Assembly: GCA_964399295.1 (NCBI GenBank)
Contig: CAYNQD010000001.1
Coordinates: forward strand, 86,454 to 150,453
Direction: 5' to 3'
Source of the DNA: an uncultured Candidatus Saccharibacteria bacterium
Lineage (GTDB): Bacteria; Patescibacteriota; Minisyncoccia; Phycocordibacterales; UBA918
Length of the DNA stretch: 64,000 nt
The position numbers were made by a program, and so were the translations under genes. Shown here one piece after another: positions 1 through 8,913 of this stretch. The first letter of the stretch is position 1. Each line of letters begins with the position of its first letter. The notes beneath the pieces are model-generated. The model searched no databases and was not told where the DNA came from. It saw only the letters and a list, made by a program, of their open reading frames with translations.

Positions 1-583
1 CACTCAGGAAATTTTCCAGCTCTTCCTCATCATGTATATTTAAGAATGTACCTGAAACCTCAGATAATTTATTTATAACCTGAGAATCCTCTTTGTCCAC
101 GACCAAATCACGCAGCAGCATTTCCATTTCTTTATTGTGGATGGGGTTGTTGAGAATGAAGTTGGGGATTTCAACTTTACCAATATCGTGTAGCAAACAA
201 GCCCGAAAGAATTGCTCGGGAGTAACGTTTTCTTTCGCGATTAAGTCAATTATTTTGACATTAAAATCCAATTCTTTTTCAATCTTTTCTTTGGCAATTC
301 TGTAGGTTTCAAGTGAGTGCAGGGCCAGGTCTTTGTCGTACAATTCTAAAATGGTGAAAATTTTTAAATCCTGCTCGGTCAAAAACTCGATACTTTGCAA
401 AAACTCTTGATATTCAGCTTTGACTCTGAGCATCTCGTCGGCCAAGAGGTTTTCGCTGGTCAATTGAGATTCTATTTCTCTGTAGTCGCCACTGGCGGCG
501 ATAATTCTGGCTCGGGCGGAGCTGTCTTTTTCGATGGCTGATTCCGATTGGTGAGCAAAAGAAAAGGCTTCAGGAGATGTCAT
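1..583 (-). CDS. HD-domain phosphohydrolase, partial (runs off window start)
   Basis: Minus-strand ATG (revcomp of cat at 581-583) opens a frame MTSPEAFSF...ACLLHDIGKVEIPNF... with an HD motif. There is no stop before coordinate 1, so it is absent from the ORF track because it is edge-truncated. Confidence 0.55.
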   Translation of the reverse strand, partial: MTSPEAFSFAHQSESAIEKDSSARARIIAASGDYREIESQLTSENLLADEMLRVKAEYQEFLQSIEFLTEQDLKIFTILELYDKDLALHSLETYRIAKEKIEKELDFNVKIIDLIAKENVTPEQFFRACLLHDIGKVEIPNFILNNPIHNKEMEMLLRDLVVDKEDSQVINKLSEVSGTFLNIHDEEELENFLS

Positions 584-751
584 AAGTATAAGAAAGTTAT
601 TTTAATCAATACTATTACATAATACTGTACCTTTAAATAGGCTAAATGTACATACTATCAACATATTAAGTCCACTGTAAAAATATGTTGACCGGCTAAC
701 GTGTTATTATTTTACTAACTACCGGATGCGTCGCCGAGTTTTTGGGCGTTC

Positions 752-2008
752 GTGTTGGTCTGTAGTTTGATATCATTTATGCGTGTTCTTACTTTCGGCT
801 GGGACTATCCACCATCACGTAATGGTGGTCTTGGTGTCGCTTGTTTTGGTTTGACTCGGGAACTTACTCAAGATGGCGTGGAGGTAATATTTGTCTTGCC
901 AAGACAGCAGGAAGTGATAAGTAATACTCGTTTTGTATTTGCCGATCAGGCTAGAAACGTTAAGTTTAAGTTAAAGGAAATATCATCTTCATTAAGACCT
1001 TACCAAGCCGCTGAAAGCCTGGTGCATTACATTGAGGGTTATGATGCTGATGGTCGGCCAATAATAAAATCAAGAACTATCGTTGAAGAAGCGCACCGCT
1101 TTGCTCACCAAGCTTCTTTAATCGCGCTGGAGGAAGATTTTGATCTCATTCATGCTCATGACTGGACATCATACCTAGCGGGAGTAGCCGCCAAGATCGC
1201 CAGTGGCAAACCGCTTATTTTGCACGTTCACGCTACTTCTTACGATCAAGCCGCGAGTGACAAGGTTGACCCTACTATTTATAAAATTGAACATGATAGC
1301 TTCAGACAGGCGGACAAGGTGGTGACGGTAAGTAATTTTACTCGTGATATTATCGTAAGAAAACACGGTGTTGATCCAAAAAAGGTGGAAGTGATACACA
1401 ATGGTTGTGATACTTGTGAGCCACCACGACACGCCGCTACGCTAACCGACCTAAAAGCCCAAGGCAAGAAAATAATTCTTTACCATGGTCGAATTACTAT
1501 CCAAAAAGGAGTGGACTATTTTATCAAAGCCGCTAGAAGAGTGGTGGACGTGGATCCAAACGTGGTTTTTGTAATTTCCGGTTGGGGAGATATGACCAAT
1601 CAAATAATTGAGCAAGTCGGAGCCATGTCGTTATCAAAAAATGTCATTTTTGCCGGTGCCCTGTGGGAGGAGGAAAGAGACAGAATGTATCAAAGCGTGG
1701 ATTTGGTGGTCATGCCGTCGGTTTCGGAGCCTTTTGGTTTGGTGCCGCTTGAGGCCCTGCAACACAATACAGCCTCTTTGATAAGCAAGCAGTCGGGGGT
1801 GTCTGAGATATTGACGCATGTCTTGAAAGTGGATTTTTGGGACGTGGATGAAATGGCCAACAAAATCCTATCCTCTCTTCGTTATCCGGCGATGAGAAGG
1901 CAGATTGTCAGTGAAGGAAAACGCGACCTGCACAAGATGTCGTGGTCTGAAGCCGCTAAAAAAGTTAAACAACTTTATAAAAATCTGTTAGAATCTATCA
2001 ATAAATAA
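752..2008 (+). CDS. GT-B retaining glycosyltransferase (glycogen/alpha-glucan synthase-like, GT4/GT5). Likely true start at internal Met MRVLTFGW (about 779).
   Basis: N-terminal GGLGV glycine motif typical of starch/glycogen synthase-like GTs. C-terminal EPFGLVPLEAL (E-x7-E) GT-B motif. 418 aa. Confidence 0.7.
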   Translation: MLVCSLISFMRVLTFGWDYPPSRNGGLGVACFGLTRELTQDGVEVIFVLPRQQEVISNTRFVFADQARNVKFKLKEISSSLRPYQAAESLVHYIEGYDADGRPIIKSRTIVEEAHRFAHQASLIALEEDFDLIHAHDWTSYLAGVAAKIASGKPLILHVHATSYDQAASDKVDPTIYKIEHDSFRQADKVVTVSNFTRDIIVRKHGVDPKKVEVIHNGCDTCEPPRHAATLTDLKAQGKKIILYHGRITIQKGVDYFIKAARRVVDVDPNVVFVISGWGDMTNQIIEQVGAMSLSKNVIFAGALWEEERDRMYQSVDLVVMPSVSEPFGLVPLEALQHNTASLISKQSGVSEILTHVLKVDFWDVDEMANKILSSLRYPAMRRQIVSEGKRDLHKMSWSEAAKKVKQLYKNLLESINK

Positions 2009-2009
2009 T

Positions 2010-3428
2010 ATGCTTACTGTCTGCCCTTATTTTCACGTCCATCAACCATATCGAATTAAAAAATACCGAGTCTTTGATATCGGGAATGACAATGAGTATT
2101 TCAATGATGCTAGTGATACGGATTTAAATAATCGTCGGATTGTCGATAAGGTGGCAAATAAGTCCTATCGTCCCACCAACAAAATCTTACAGGAATTGTT
2201 GGACACGCATCCGGAGTTTCGGTTTGCCTTATCTTTTTCCGGTACGGTGTTGGAACAATTTGAAGAGTATGCTCCGGACGTACTTGAGTCATTTCAAAAG
2301 TTAGTCGCCAGCGGGCGGGTTGAGATTTTGGCGGACACTTATCATCACTCGCTGGCTTTCTTTTATTCTGTGCCCGAATTTGAGCGGCAGGTAACGCAAC
2401 ACCGCAATAAAATAAAAAAATTATTTGGTGTCACTCCGAAAGTCTTTCGTAATACCGAATTGTCTTACCGCAACGATTTGGCTAAATGGTGCGAGGACAA
2501 TGGCTACTTGGGAATTATGGCTGAAGGTTGGGATAAATATCTGGGTTGGAGAAGTCCGAATTTTCTTTATCAACCACCAAACACCAAGAAAATAAAAGTC
2601 TTGCTAAAAAATTACAAGCTGTCTGATGATGTTGCTTTTCGGTTTGGAAATCAGGCGTGGGAAAGTTGGCCTTTGTCAGCTGAGACTTACGCCAGCTGGA
2701 TTCATGCTCATCATGGGGATGGGCAAACCATAAACCTCTTTATGGACTATGAAACCTTTGGTGAACACCAATGGGAGGATACCGGAATTTTCAATTTTTT
2801 AAGAGCTTTGCCAAATTTGCTAACACGGCATCCGGATACTACTTTCAAAACTCCAACCGAGACCGTAAATAGTTACGACACGGTGGGGGAGTTGGATGTG
2901 CCGGATATTTTGACTTGGGCTGACACAGACAGAGATTTGACCGCTTGGACAGGAAATGACATTCAACGTGATGCCATAAATTCCATCTACGGCATGGAGG
3001 AAAAAGTCTTGCAAACCAAAAATAAAAGTCTGGTTGAAACCTGGCGCAAGCTCCAGACTTCCGACCACTTTTATTACATGTGTACCAAGTGGTCTCATGA
3101 CGGCGACGTACATGCTTACTTTAGTCCTTACCAATCTCCTTACGACGCGTATATCGCCTTCATGAATGCTTTAAGTGATTTACAATTAAGAGTCAATCAC
3201 GCTCTAATGGAACAGGAAAACAGGATAAGAGAATTAGAGAAAAAAGTTGATAATTTGGAGAAAGAAGACGAGGAAGATGTTAGAGTTAAGGAACAGGAAT
3301 CAGTGACAGTGGTTCAAGAAGGAGGTAGTACCATTTCACCATTGCCATGGTGGCAAAATATTAAGATTAAAGTTACTAATTTTTTGTCACGACTAGGGTT
3401 CTTTAATAATTCTCGTAAGAGAGATTAG
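2010..3428 (+). CDS. Glycoside hydrolase family 57 (alpha-glucan branching/amylolytic enzyme)
   Basis: CPYFHVHQPYR: GH57 proteins begin with an HxHQP signature. 472 aa with coiled-coil tail. Start is 2 nt after the upstream GT stop. Confidence 0.65.
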   Translation: MLTVCPYFHVHQPYRIKKYRVFDIGNDNEYFNDASDTDLNNRRIVDKVANKSYRPTNKILQELLDTHPEFRFALSFSGTVLEQFEEYAPDVLESFQKLVASGRVEILADTYHHSLAFFYSVPEFERQVTQHRNKIKKLFGVTPKVFRNTELSYRNDLAKWCEDNGYLGIMAEGWDKYLGWRSPNFLYQPPNTKKIKVLLKNYKLSDDVAFRFGNQAWESWPLSAETYASWIHAHHGDGQTINLFMDYETFGEHQWEDTGIFNFLRALPNLLTRHPDTTFKTPTETVNSYDTVGELDVPDILTWADTDRDLTAWTGNDIQRDAINSIYGMEEKVLQTKNKSLVETWRKLQTSDHFYYMCTKWSHDGDVHAYFSPYQSPYDAYIAFMNALSDLQLRVNHALMEQENRIRELEKKVDNLEKEDEEDVRVKEQESVTVVQEGGSTISPLPWWQNIKIKVTNFLSRLGFFNNSRKRD

Positions 3429-3440
3429 TTCTTAAAATAT

Positions 3441-3848
3441 ATGCCAAAAAAGATAACAACAACCAAAAAAGTTACCACCAATAAAATTGCTCCCAAGAAA
3501 GCAATAAAAAAAGTTTCTCCTAAAAAAGTTGCTCTGCCGAAGAAAAAAGTTTCAACTGCGGCTAAAAAAGTTACAACCAAGAAGCCTTTAGTCTATGCCG
3601 ACAATGACCACTCTTTCTGGGTGAGTAACGGACAAGTATTAAATAGTCTGATTGCTTTGCAGCAAGCTTTGGCCAATATGGAGAAAGAGGTCTTTGAACA
3701 TCATGTCAGCGATGAAAAACACGATTTTGCCGATTGGGTGGAGGTGGTACTTTGCGATGGGAAATGCGCTAGTGATTTGCGGAAGTCTAAAACTCCTGAT
3801 AAGGCTTGTGGAATAGTAGATAAGCATTTAAAGACCTACAAAATTTAG
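3441..3848 (+). CDS. Lys-rich histone-H1-like / nucleoid-associated small protein with unknown C-terminal domain
   Basis: N-terminal about 50 aa are KK/PKK repeats (PKKAIKKVSPKKVALPKKKVSTAAKKVTTKKP). The C-terminal 80 aa is non-repetitive. Confidence 0.35.
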   Translation: MPKKITTTKKVTTNKIAPKKAIKKVSPKKVALPKKKVSTAAKKVTTKKPLVYADNDHSFWVSNGQVLNSLIALQQALANMEKEVFEHHVSDEKHDFADWVEVVLCDGKCASDLRKSKTPDKACGIVDKHLKTYKI

Positions 3849-3853
3849 CGGTT

Positions 3854-5830
3854 ATGGCGCGCGCTGTCACTATTGGAAATGGGAATTTGTTACTCGGTCT
3901 CGATTGTCGAGGGCAAGTTCGTGATTTGTATTACCCGTTTGTGGGTGAAGCCAATCACGTCAGTGGCGCTAGTGGAAATTTTGTCCATCGGATTGGTATT
4001 TTTGTTGATGGGACTTTATCTTGGCTCGATGATAGTGATTGGCAAATCACTATTGGTTCTGATGAGCATGTAGCGATTGGCAGTATGTTTGCGGTTAATG
4101 ACAAATTGGGAATCAGCTTGACCAGCCGCGACGCTGTTCATAACGAACAAAATGTTTTTATAAGAAACTTCGTGGTCGCAAATCATAGCAATGAAGACCG
4201 CGAAGTAAAATTATTTTTGTCTCAACAATTTCGTATTTCTGAATCCAGGCGCGGAGACACTGCTTTTTTTGATCCCAGGGTCAATGCCATTATTCATTAC
4301 AAAGGCAATGTTTCTTTTCTGATAAATGCCTTTGTGGGTAATAAACAGTTTAAAGATTACAACATCGGCTTGTTTGGAATTGAGAACAAAGAGGGAACCT
4401 ATTTTGATGCTTTGGATGGGATTTTGGAACGCAATCCAATTGAACATGGTTCGGTCGATTCAATAATCGGTCTTACCATGGAGATTCCGGCGAAAGGTAG
4501 TACGGACGCTTATTACTGGATAGTCTGCGGTGAATCCATACCAGTTACTCATACTTTAGATGAGTATATCATTCAAGAAACACCAGCTAGCCTGATAGAC
4601 ACCACCGAGTCCTACTGGCGGGCTTGGCTCAAAAAAGAAGACCGTGATCTGTCTGTTTTGTCTGCTCCTTTGCGAGCTTTGTTTAATCGGTCTTTGGTGA
4701 CAATGCGGATTCACACCGACAATCGGGGCGGTATAATCGCTTCCAGCGACACCGACATGCTTCATCATGGCAGAGATACTTATGGCTATGTCTGGCCAAG
4801 GGACGCGGCTTTTATTGCTTCAGCTTTGGATGTGTCGGGCTATAGTGATATCGTCAAGCGTTTTTATTCTTTTATAGCGGAACGAATTGAATCGGGAGGA
4901 TATTTGATGCACAAATACCGCACTGATGGTATGCTCGGCAGCTCGTGGCATCCTTGGATGCAAAACGGCAAACCACAGCTGCCAATCCAAGAAGATGAAA
5001 CCGCTTCGATTATTTTTACCCTCTGGCAACACTACGAACGCAATCGGGATTTGGAATTTATTGAGTCTTTGTATAATCCATTTATCGAGCCGGCGGCGAA
5101 TTTTATGTGTAATTACATTGAGTCAATCACGGGCTTGCCTCAAGCTTCTTATGACTTATGGGAAGAAAAATACGGCACTTCCACCTACACCGCGGCTTCT
5201 GTCTATGGCGGTTTGATGGCGGCTTCGCGCTTTGCCATGGTTTTGGGAAAAGATGATGATGCTCGGGTGTATCAGGCTGTCGCTCAGCGCATCCAAACAG
5301 CGATTGGAAATATTCTTTACGATGAGAAATTAGAGATGTTTGTAAAACACGTTTTGCATGGCGAGGACGGGGAATTGGTTTATGATAAAACCATAGACAC
5401 CAGCAGTTTCTACGGACTGATACTTTTTGATGTTTTTGATGTAGACGATCCACGCATGGAAAAGTCAGCTAAGACCGTAATGCAAAAATTGCAGGTGCAG
5501 GCTAGTAGTAAAGGTTTTATTCGTTATGAAAATGATAAATATTATCGAATGCAGGACACTTATTATCCAAACCCTTGGGTCATCACTACCTTGTGGATGG
5601 CCGAATATTTGATAAAGAAGGCCAAATCTCTAAAAGAGCTAAAAGCTCCGCTTGAGCTTCTGGAATGGACATGTTCTCACGCCACCACCGGCGGTGTGCT
5701 GGCCGAGCAGATGCATCCCGACACCAGAGAACACCTCTCCACGGCACCACTCATCTGGAGTCATGCCGAGTATGTCTTGGCGGTTGATGAATATTTGAAG
5801 AAGGTGAAGGAGTTGGGTGACAAAGAGTAA
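3854..5830 (+). CDS. Glycoside hydrolase family 15 (glucoamylase/glucodextranase-like)
   Basis: 658 aa. YVWPRDAAFIASAL matches the GH15 WxRDxA catalytic-region motif. An N-terminal beta-sandwich plus (alpha/alpha)6-type organisation is plausible. Confidence 0.65.
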   Translation: MARAVTIGNGNLLLGLDCRGQVRDLYYPFVGEANHVSGASGNFVHRIGIFVDGTLSWLDDSDWQITIGSDEHVAIGSMFAVNDKLGISLTSRDAVHNEQNVFIRNFVVANHSNEDREVKLFLSQQFRISESRRGDTAFFDPRVNAIIHYKGNVSFLINAFVGNKQFKDYNIGLFGIENKEGTYFDALDGILERNPIEHGSVDSIIGLTMEIPAKGSTDAYYWIVCGESIPVTHTLDEYIIQETPASLIDTTESYWRAWLKKEDRDLSVLSAPLRALFNRSLVTMRIHTDNRGGIIASSDTDMLHHGRDTYGYVWPRDAAFIASALDVSGYSDIVKRFYSFIAERIESGGYLMHKYRTDGMLGSSWHPWMQNGKPQLPIQEDETASIIFTLWQHYERNRDLEFIESLYNPFIEPAANFMCNYIESITGLPQASYDLWEEKYGTSTYTAASVYGGLMAASRFAMVLGKDDDARVYQAVAQRIQTAIGNILYDEKLEMFVKHVLHGEDGELVYDKTIDTSSFYGLILFDVFDVDDPRMEKSAKTVMQKLQVQASSKGFIRYENDKYYRMQDTYYPNPWVITTLWMAEYLIKKAKSLKELKAPLELLEWTCSHATTGGVLAEQMHPDTREHLSTAPLIWSHAEYVLAVDEYLKKVKELGDKE

Positions 5831-5875
5831 TACAAAATTAAAGCTATCGCTGTAGGTAGTATAGGGTGTGTTTGC

Positions 5876-6703
5876 CTATTTATTTTCAGCAAAATGTCCG
5901 ATTTTTGTGCGGTGAATACTAAAAGCCAGTCCTTTTGAATCAAGTTTTTCGGCGATGACTTCCGCCAAAGTCCGCATGTAGGTGCCGCTGGAGCAAACGC
6001 ATCTGATTTTGGCAATGGAAAATTTATCTGTTGGTTGGCCGTTTTTGATAAAAGTCTGCCAAGCCAAGCGGACATCCGGCCGACGGAAATCATTACCCAG
6101 AGCTTTGCGCACGTCCGTAACTGGCGGGATGGTGGCAATTTTTTCTAGGGCGGTTTTAGCGATTTCTTCACGTGACGCGGCTTTTAGTTCTAATATTTCC
6201 AGCTCGTGAATGGTGGTTTTTTTGGTGGGGATGGTGATTTCGTTTAGGCGGCCCTCCATTGTCCAGGTGTGCAGGGGTTTGCCCTGCACGGTCTTGGCCG
6301 AAAAAATTGGGTAAGGAAATTCGACTGGGCCAACTAGGGTGGCCAAAATTTTCTCCAGCTCTGTCTGTGTCACCACAATTTTTTCGACCTCTTTCACCAA
6401 TCCCAAAACATCACCAGAGTCAGACGACACGCCAAACAAAACCTCAAACTCATACTCTTTATCCAGATTGTGGTAGGCAGTTTGGTTTTTGCATTCTTCG
6501 CCAATTAACACCAATAATATTCCTGAGGCCATGGGATCAAGCCGGCCGGCATAGGCGAGGGGACTGTCTTTAAATTCTGGCTTGGTGGCTCTCCATTCCT
6601 CAAGACATTCAAGCGGAGTTTGGCCGACTTTCTTTTCGAGTATTACGTAGCGGTCAGTGTCTGGCGCAATAATTTTCATTTGGAAATTATTAAACAGGAT
6701 CAC
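5876..6703 (-). CDS. truB: tRNA pseudouridine(55) synthase TruB
   Basis: AYAGRLDPMASGILLVLIGEECK resembles the TruB [22 protein letters not shown] motif (catalytic Asp). CSSGTYMRTL resembles CSKGTYIRTI. Confidence 0.75.
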   Translation of the reverse strand: MILFNNFQMKIIAPDTDRYVILEKKVGQTPLECLEEWRATKPEFKDSPLAYAGRLDPMASGILLVLIGEECKNQTAYHNLDKEYEFEVLFGVSSDSGDVLGLVKEVEKIVVTQTELEKILATLVGPVEFPYPIFSAKTVQGKPLHTWTMEGRLNEITIPTKKTTIHELEILELKAASREEIAKTALEKIATIPPVTDVRKALGNDFRRPDVRLAWQTFIKNGQPTDKFSIAKIRCVCSSGTYMRTLAEVIAEKLDSKGLAFSIHRTKIGHFAENK

Positions 6704-6754
6704 CTCCTAAAAAGGCGTTGATTATCATAAGTAAAATAAAAAGCCCGATTGCTA

Positions 6755-6790
6755 AAATAATAACCCGCATAATATTATGCGGGTTATTAT
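6755..6790 (-). terminator. Rho-independent terminator for the helicase gene
   Basis: aataacccgcat-aatatt-atgcgggttatt is a perfect 12-bp stem. On the minus strand it is followed by ttatttt, immediately 3' of the helicase stop (6814). Confidence 0.55.
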
Positions 6791-6813
6791 ATCATATAGA
6801 ATTTAAGTCAAAA

Positions 6814-8151
6814 CTAAGCTGGTACGAAAGTCAGAGCTTGTCCGCGCTTGCTCCCTCGTCCGGTACGGCCGATGCGATGCACGTAATCCTCGTAGGTATT
6901 TGGGAGGTCGTAGTTGATGACGTGTGATACGTCGTCAACGTGGATACCTCTGGCCGCCACGTCAGTAGCTACCAAGACCTTTACTTGACCGTCTTTGAAA
7001 CGTTTCAAAGCACGCTGTCTTTGGCCGTGAGATTTGTTGCCGTGAATAGCATCAGAGCTTATACCGGCGTGAACCAGTTCTTGGCTGAGTTTTTCAACAC
7101 TGTGTTTCATCGCGCCAAAAATTATTACTCGTTTAAAATCTTCCTTTTTGAGCAGGTCAACCAGAGTGGTGAATTTTGAATGTGATTCGTAACGAACGAC
7201 ATCTTGCGTAATGCTGTTTGTGATGTCGGTTTTTCGAACAGAAATAGTGACTGGATTGCGCAGAAATTCGTGAATCAAGACTTCAATACTTTTTGACATG
7301 GTGGCGGAGAAGAAAAGAGTTTCTCGTTCTTCCGGAATATCCTTAAGAATTTTCTTGATGTCATGAATAAAACCCATGTCTAGCATGCGGTCGGCCTCGT
7401 CCAAAATTACATTGGTAATAGCACCCGGCTTGATGTGGCCACGGTCAATTAGGTCTTGGACTCTTCCGGGAGTACCAATGATGAAGTGATTTTTGCGACG
7501 CAGACCTCTAATCTGAGGCATGATATTCATTCCGCCGACGCAGACTGTTGAATACAGATGCATTTTTGGCGTTAGTTTGCGTAGTTCTTGTTCCACTTGA
7601 ATAGCTAGTTCTCGGGTAGGGGTGAGGATTAAAGTTTGCAGACTATTTCGACGCAAGGTTTTTTGGATCGTGGGAATTAAGAAAGCGGCGGTTTTACCGG
7701 TTCCGGTTTGGGCTAGGCCAACCACGTCGGTACCTTCTAAAATCAAAGGAATTACCTGATCTTGAATGGCGCTTGGTGTTATTAAATCGGCGCTGGCAAT
7801 AGCGTCTACCAGGATTTTATCTAATTTAAAATCAGCAAACGTGTGCTTGGCTTCGTAAGCTACTTCAGGAGATAAGCTAACTGGATTGAGATTGATAAAT
7901 TTTGATACGTCAAAAGTCGCCAGTTGGCGGCCACCGCCACGGCGCGCGCCACTACCGCTTCTTCCGCCACTTGAAAAAGTACGGCGCGGGGTTGATCGTG
8001 AAAAGCCGCCGGTTTGTCCCGACGTGGGGCGAGAAAATGACCGTCTTGGACTTCTAAATTCACCGCCCCGACTAGGGGCAGATGAATAAGACCGCTGTGG
8101 GCGGCTACTACTAGATGTTGACCGACTAGGTCGGCTGTTGGTGTTATGCAT
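6814..8151 (-). CDS. DEAD-box ATP-dependent RNA helicase with C-terminal RG/RS-rich tail
   Basis: Motifs GTGKTAAF (Walker A), LDEADRMLDMGF (DEAD), SAT and HRIGRTGR are present. The tail is RGGGRQ...SGSGARRGGG...RSTSSSSRPQRSYSS. Confidence 0.85.
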   Translation of the reverse strand: MHNTNSRPSRSTSSSSRPQRSYSSAPSRGGEFRSPRRSFSRPTSGQTGGFSRSTPRRTFSSGGRSGSGARRGGGRQLATFDVSKFINLNPVSLSPEVAYEAKHTFADFKLDKILVDAIASADLITPSAIQDQVIPLILEGTDVVGLAQTGTGKTAAFLIPTIQKTLRRNSLQTLILTPTRELAIQVEQELRKLTPKMHLYSTVCVGGMNIMPQIRGLRRKNHFIIGTPGRVQDLIDRGHIKPGAITNVILDEADRMLDMGFIHDIKKILKDIPEERETLFFSATMSKSIEVLIHEFLRNPVTISVRKTDITNSITQDVVRYESHSKFTTLVDLLKKEDFKRVIIFGAMKHSVEKLSQELVHAGISSDAIHGNKSHGQRQRALKRFKDGQVKVLVATDVAARGIHVDDVSHVINYDLPNTYEDYVHRIGRTGRGSKRGQALTFVPA

Positions 8152-8451
8152 TGTTTTATTGTTATTTAGGCTCTAAATGAGTCCCTGTCGTGTGCAGATA
8201 GTAAATCCAAACTGAAATTGATAGAAAACCACGCCAGTTGGCGGCTCAAGAGCCCTACACGAGAATCTTAAGGTAGCACGATAATAACACTAATTGGTAT
8301 TTTTGTCAAAACCCTGCCACCCCAATAACCGCCCTCCGCAAACAGTGTAATTGGTTGTGGGGCTATTTGGAAGTTGACTGGTTGATTAGCATGAGTCCCA
8401 TTTGTGGAGGTTGTTTTTTAAGATAATTTGAATGTTGTATAATCATTATAT

Positions 8452-8871
8452 ATGGAAATACTTCCTTTAGGTAAAGTCGCGGCCTCAGCTGCTGTTATTA
8501 GACGTAATAAAATTCTTTTATTACAACGTTCTGAAAAATCAATTTTATTCGCTGGCTATTGGACTTTTCCTTCGGGGGGAATTGAAGATTTTGACATAAA
8601 CACAGAATCTGCTGTATCTCGTGAGGTAAGAGAAGAGACAGGTCTGGATTTTACTCCAAAGAAAAAATTTGGATTTTATGAGAGTCATGCTGGAGGAAAG
8701 CGTCATTTTGCTCTTGTATACTTGGGTTCATGCCAAGGTACGCTTAAACTTCAAGAATCTGAAGTTCAAAACGCACGATGGTTTTCTTATAATGAAGCAA
8801 AAAAACTAAATCTAGCATTCGCGTACCAAAATGTAATAAAAGATTTATATAAAAGTAAGTTGATAAAATAA
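8452..8871 (+). CDS. NUDIX hydrolase
   Basis: Nudix box GGIEDFDINTESAVSREVREETGL (G-x5-E-x7-REVxEExG). 139 aa. AT-rich relative to neighbours. Confidence 0.7.
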   Translation: MEILPLGKVAASAAVIRRNKILLLQRSEKSILFAGYWTFPSGGIEDFDINTESAVSREVREETGLDFTPKKKFGFYESHAGGKRHFALVYLGSCQGTLKLQESEVQNARWFSYNEAKKLNLAFAYQNVIKDLYKSKLIK

Positions 8872-8913
8872 AAACCACCCTACAGGAAGTGGGGTGGTGA
8901 AGTGTCCGGGTTC

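Noticed and set aside
93-305. 70-aa plus-strand ORF near the window start
   Set aside because: Lies antisense within the minus-strand HD-domain gene (1-583). Low-complexity Ser/Leu/Ile translation with no motif.
1175-1819. Several 60-85-aa antisense ORFs inside the glycosyltransferase gene
   Set aside because: Fully nested in a well-supported CDS on the other strand. Typical chance ORFs.
7860-8089. Two overlapping 67-aa ORFs (both strands) in the helicase 3' region
   Set aside because: They translate the GC-rich repeats that encode the helicase RG/RS-rich tail. Pro/Arg-rich nonsense, no independent signals.
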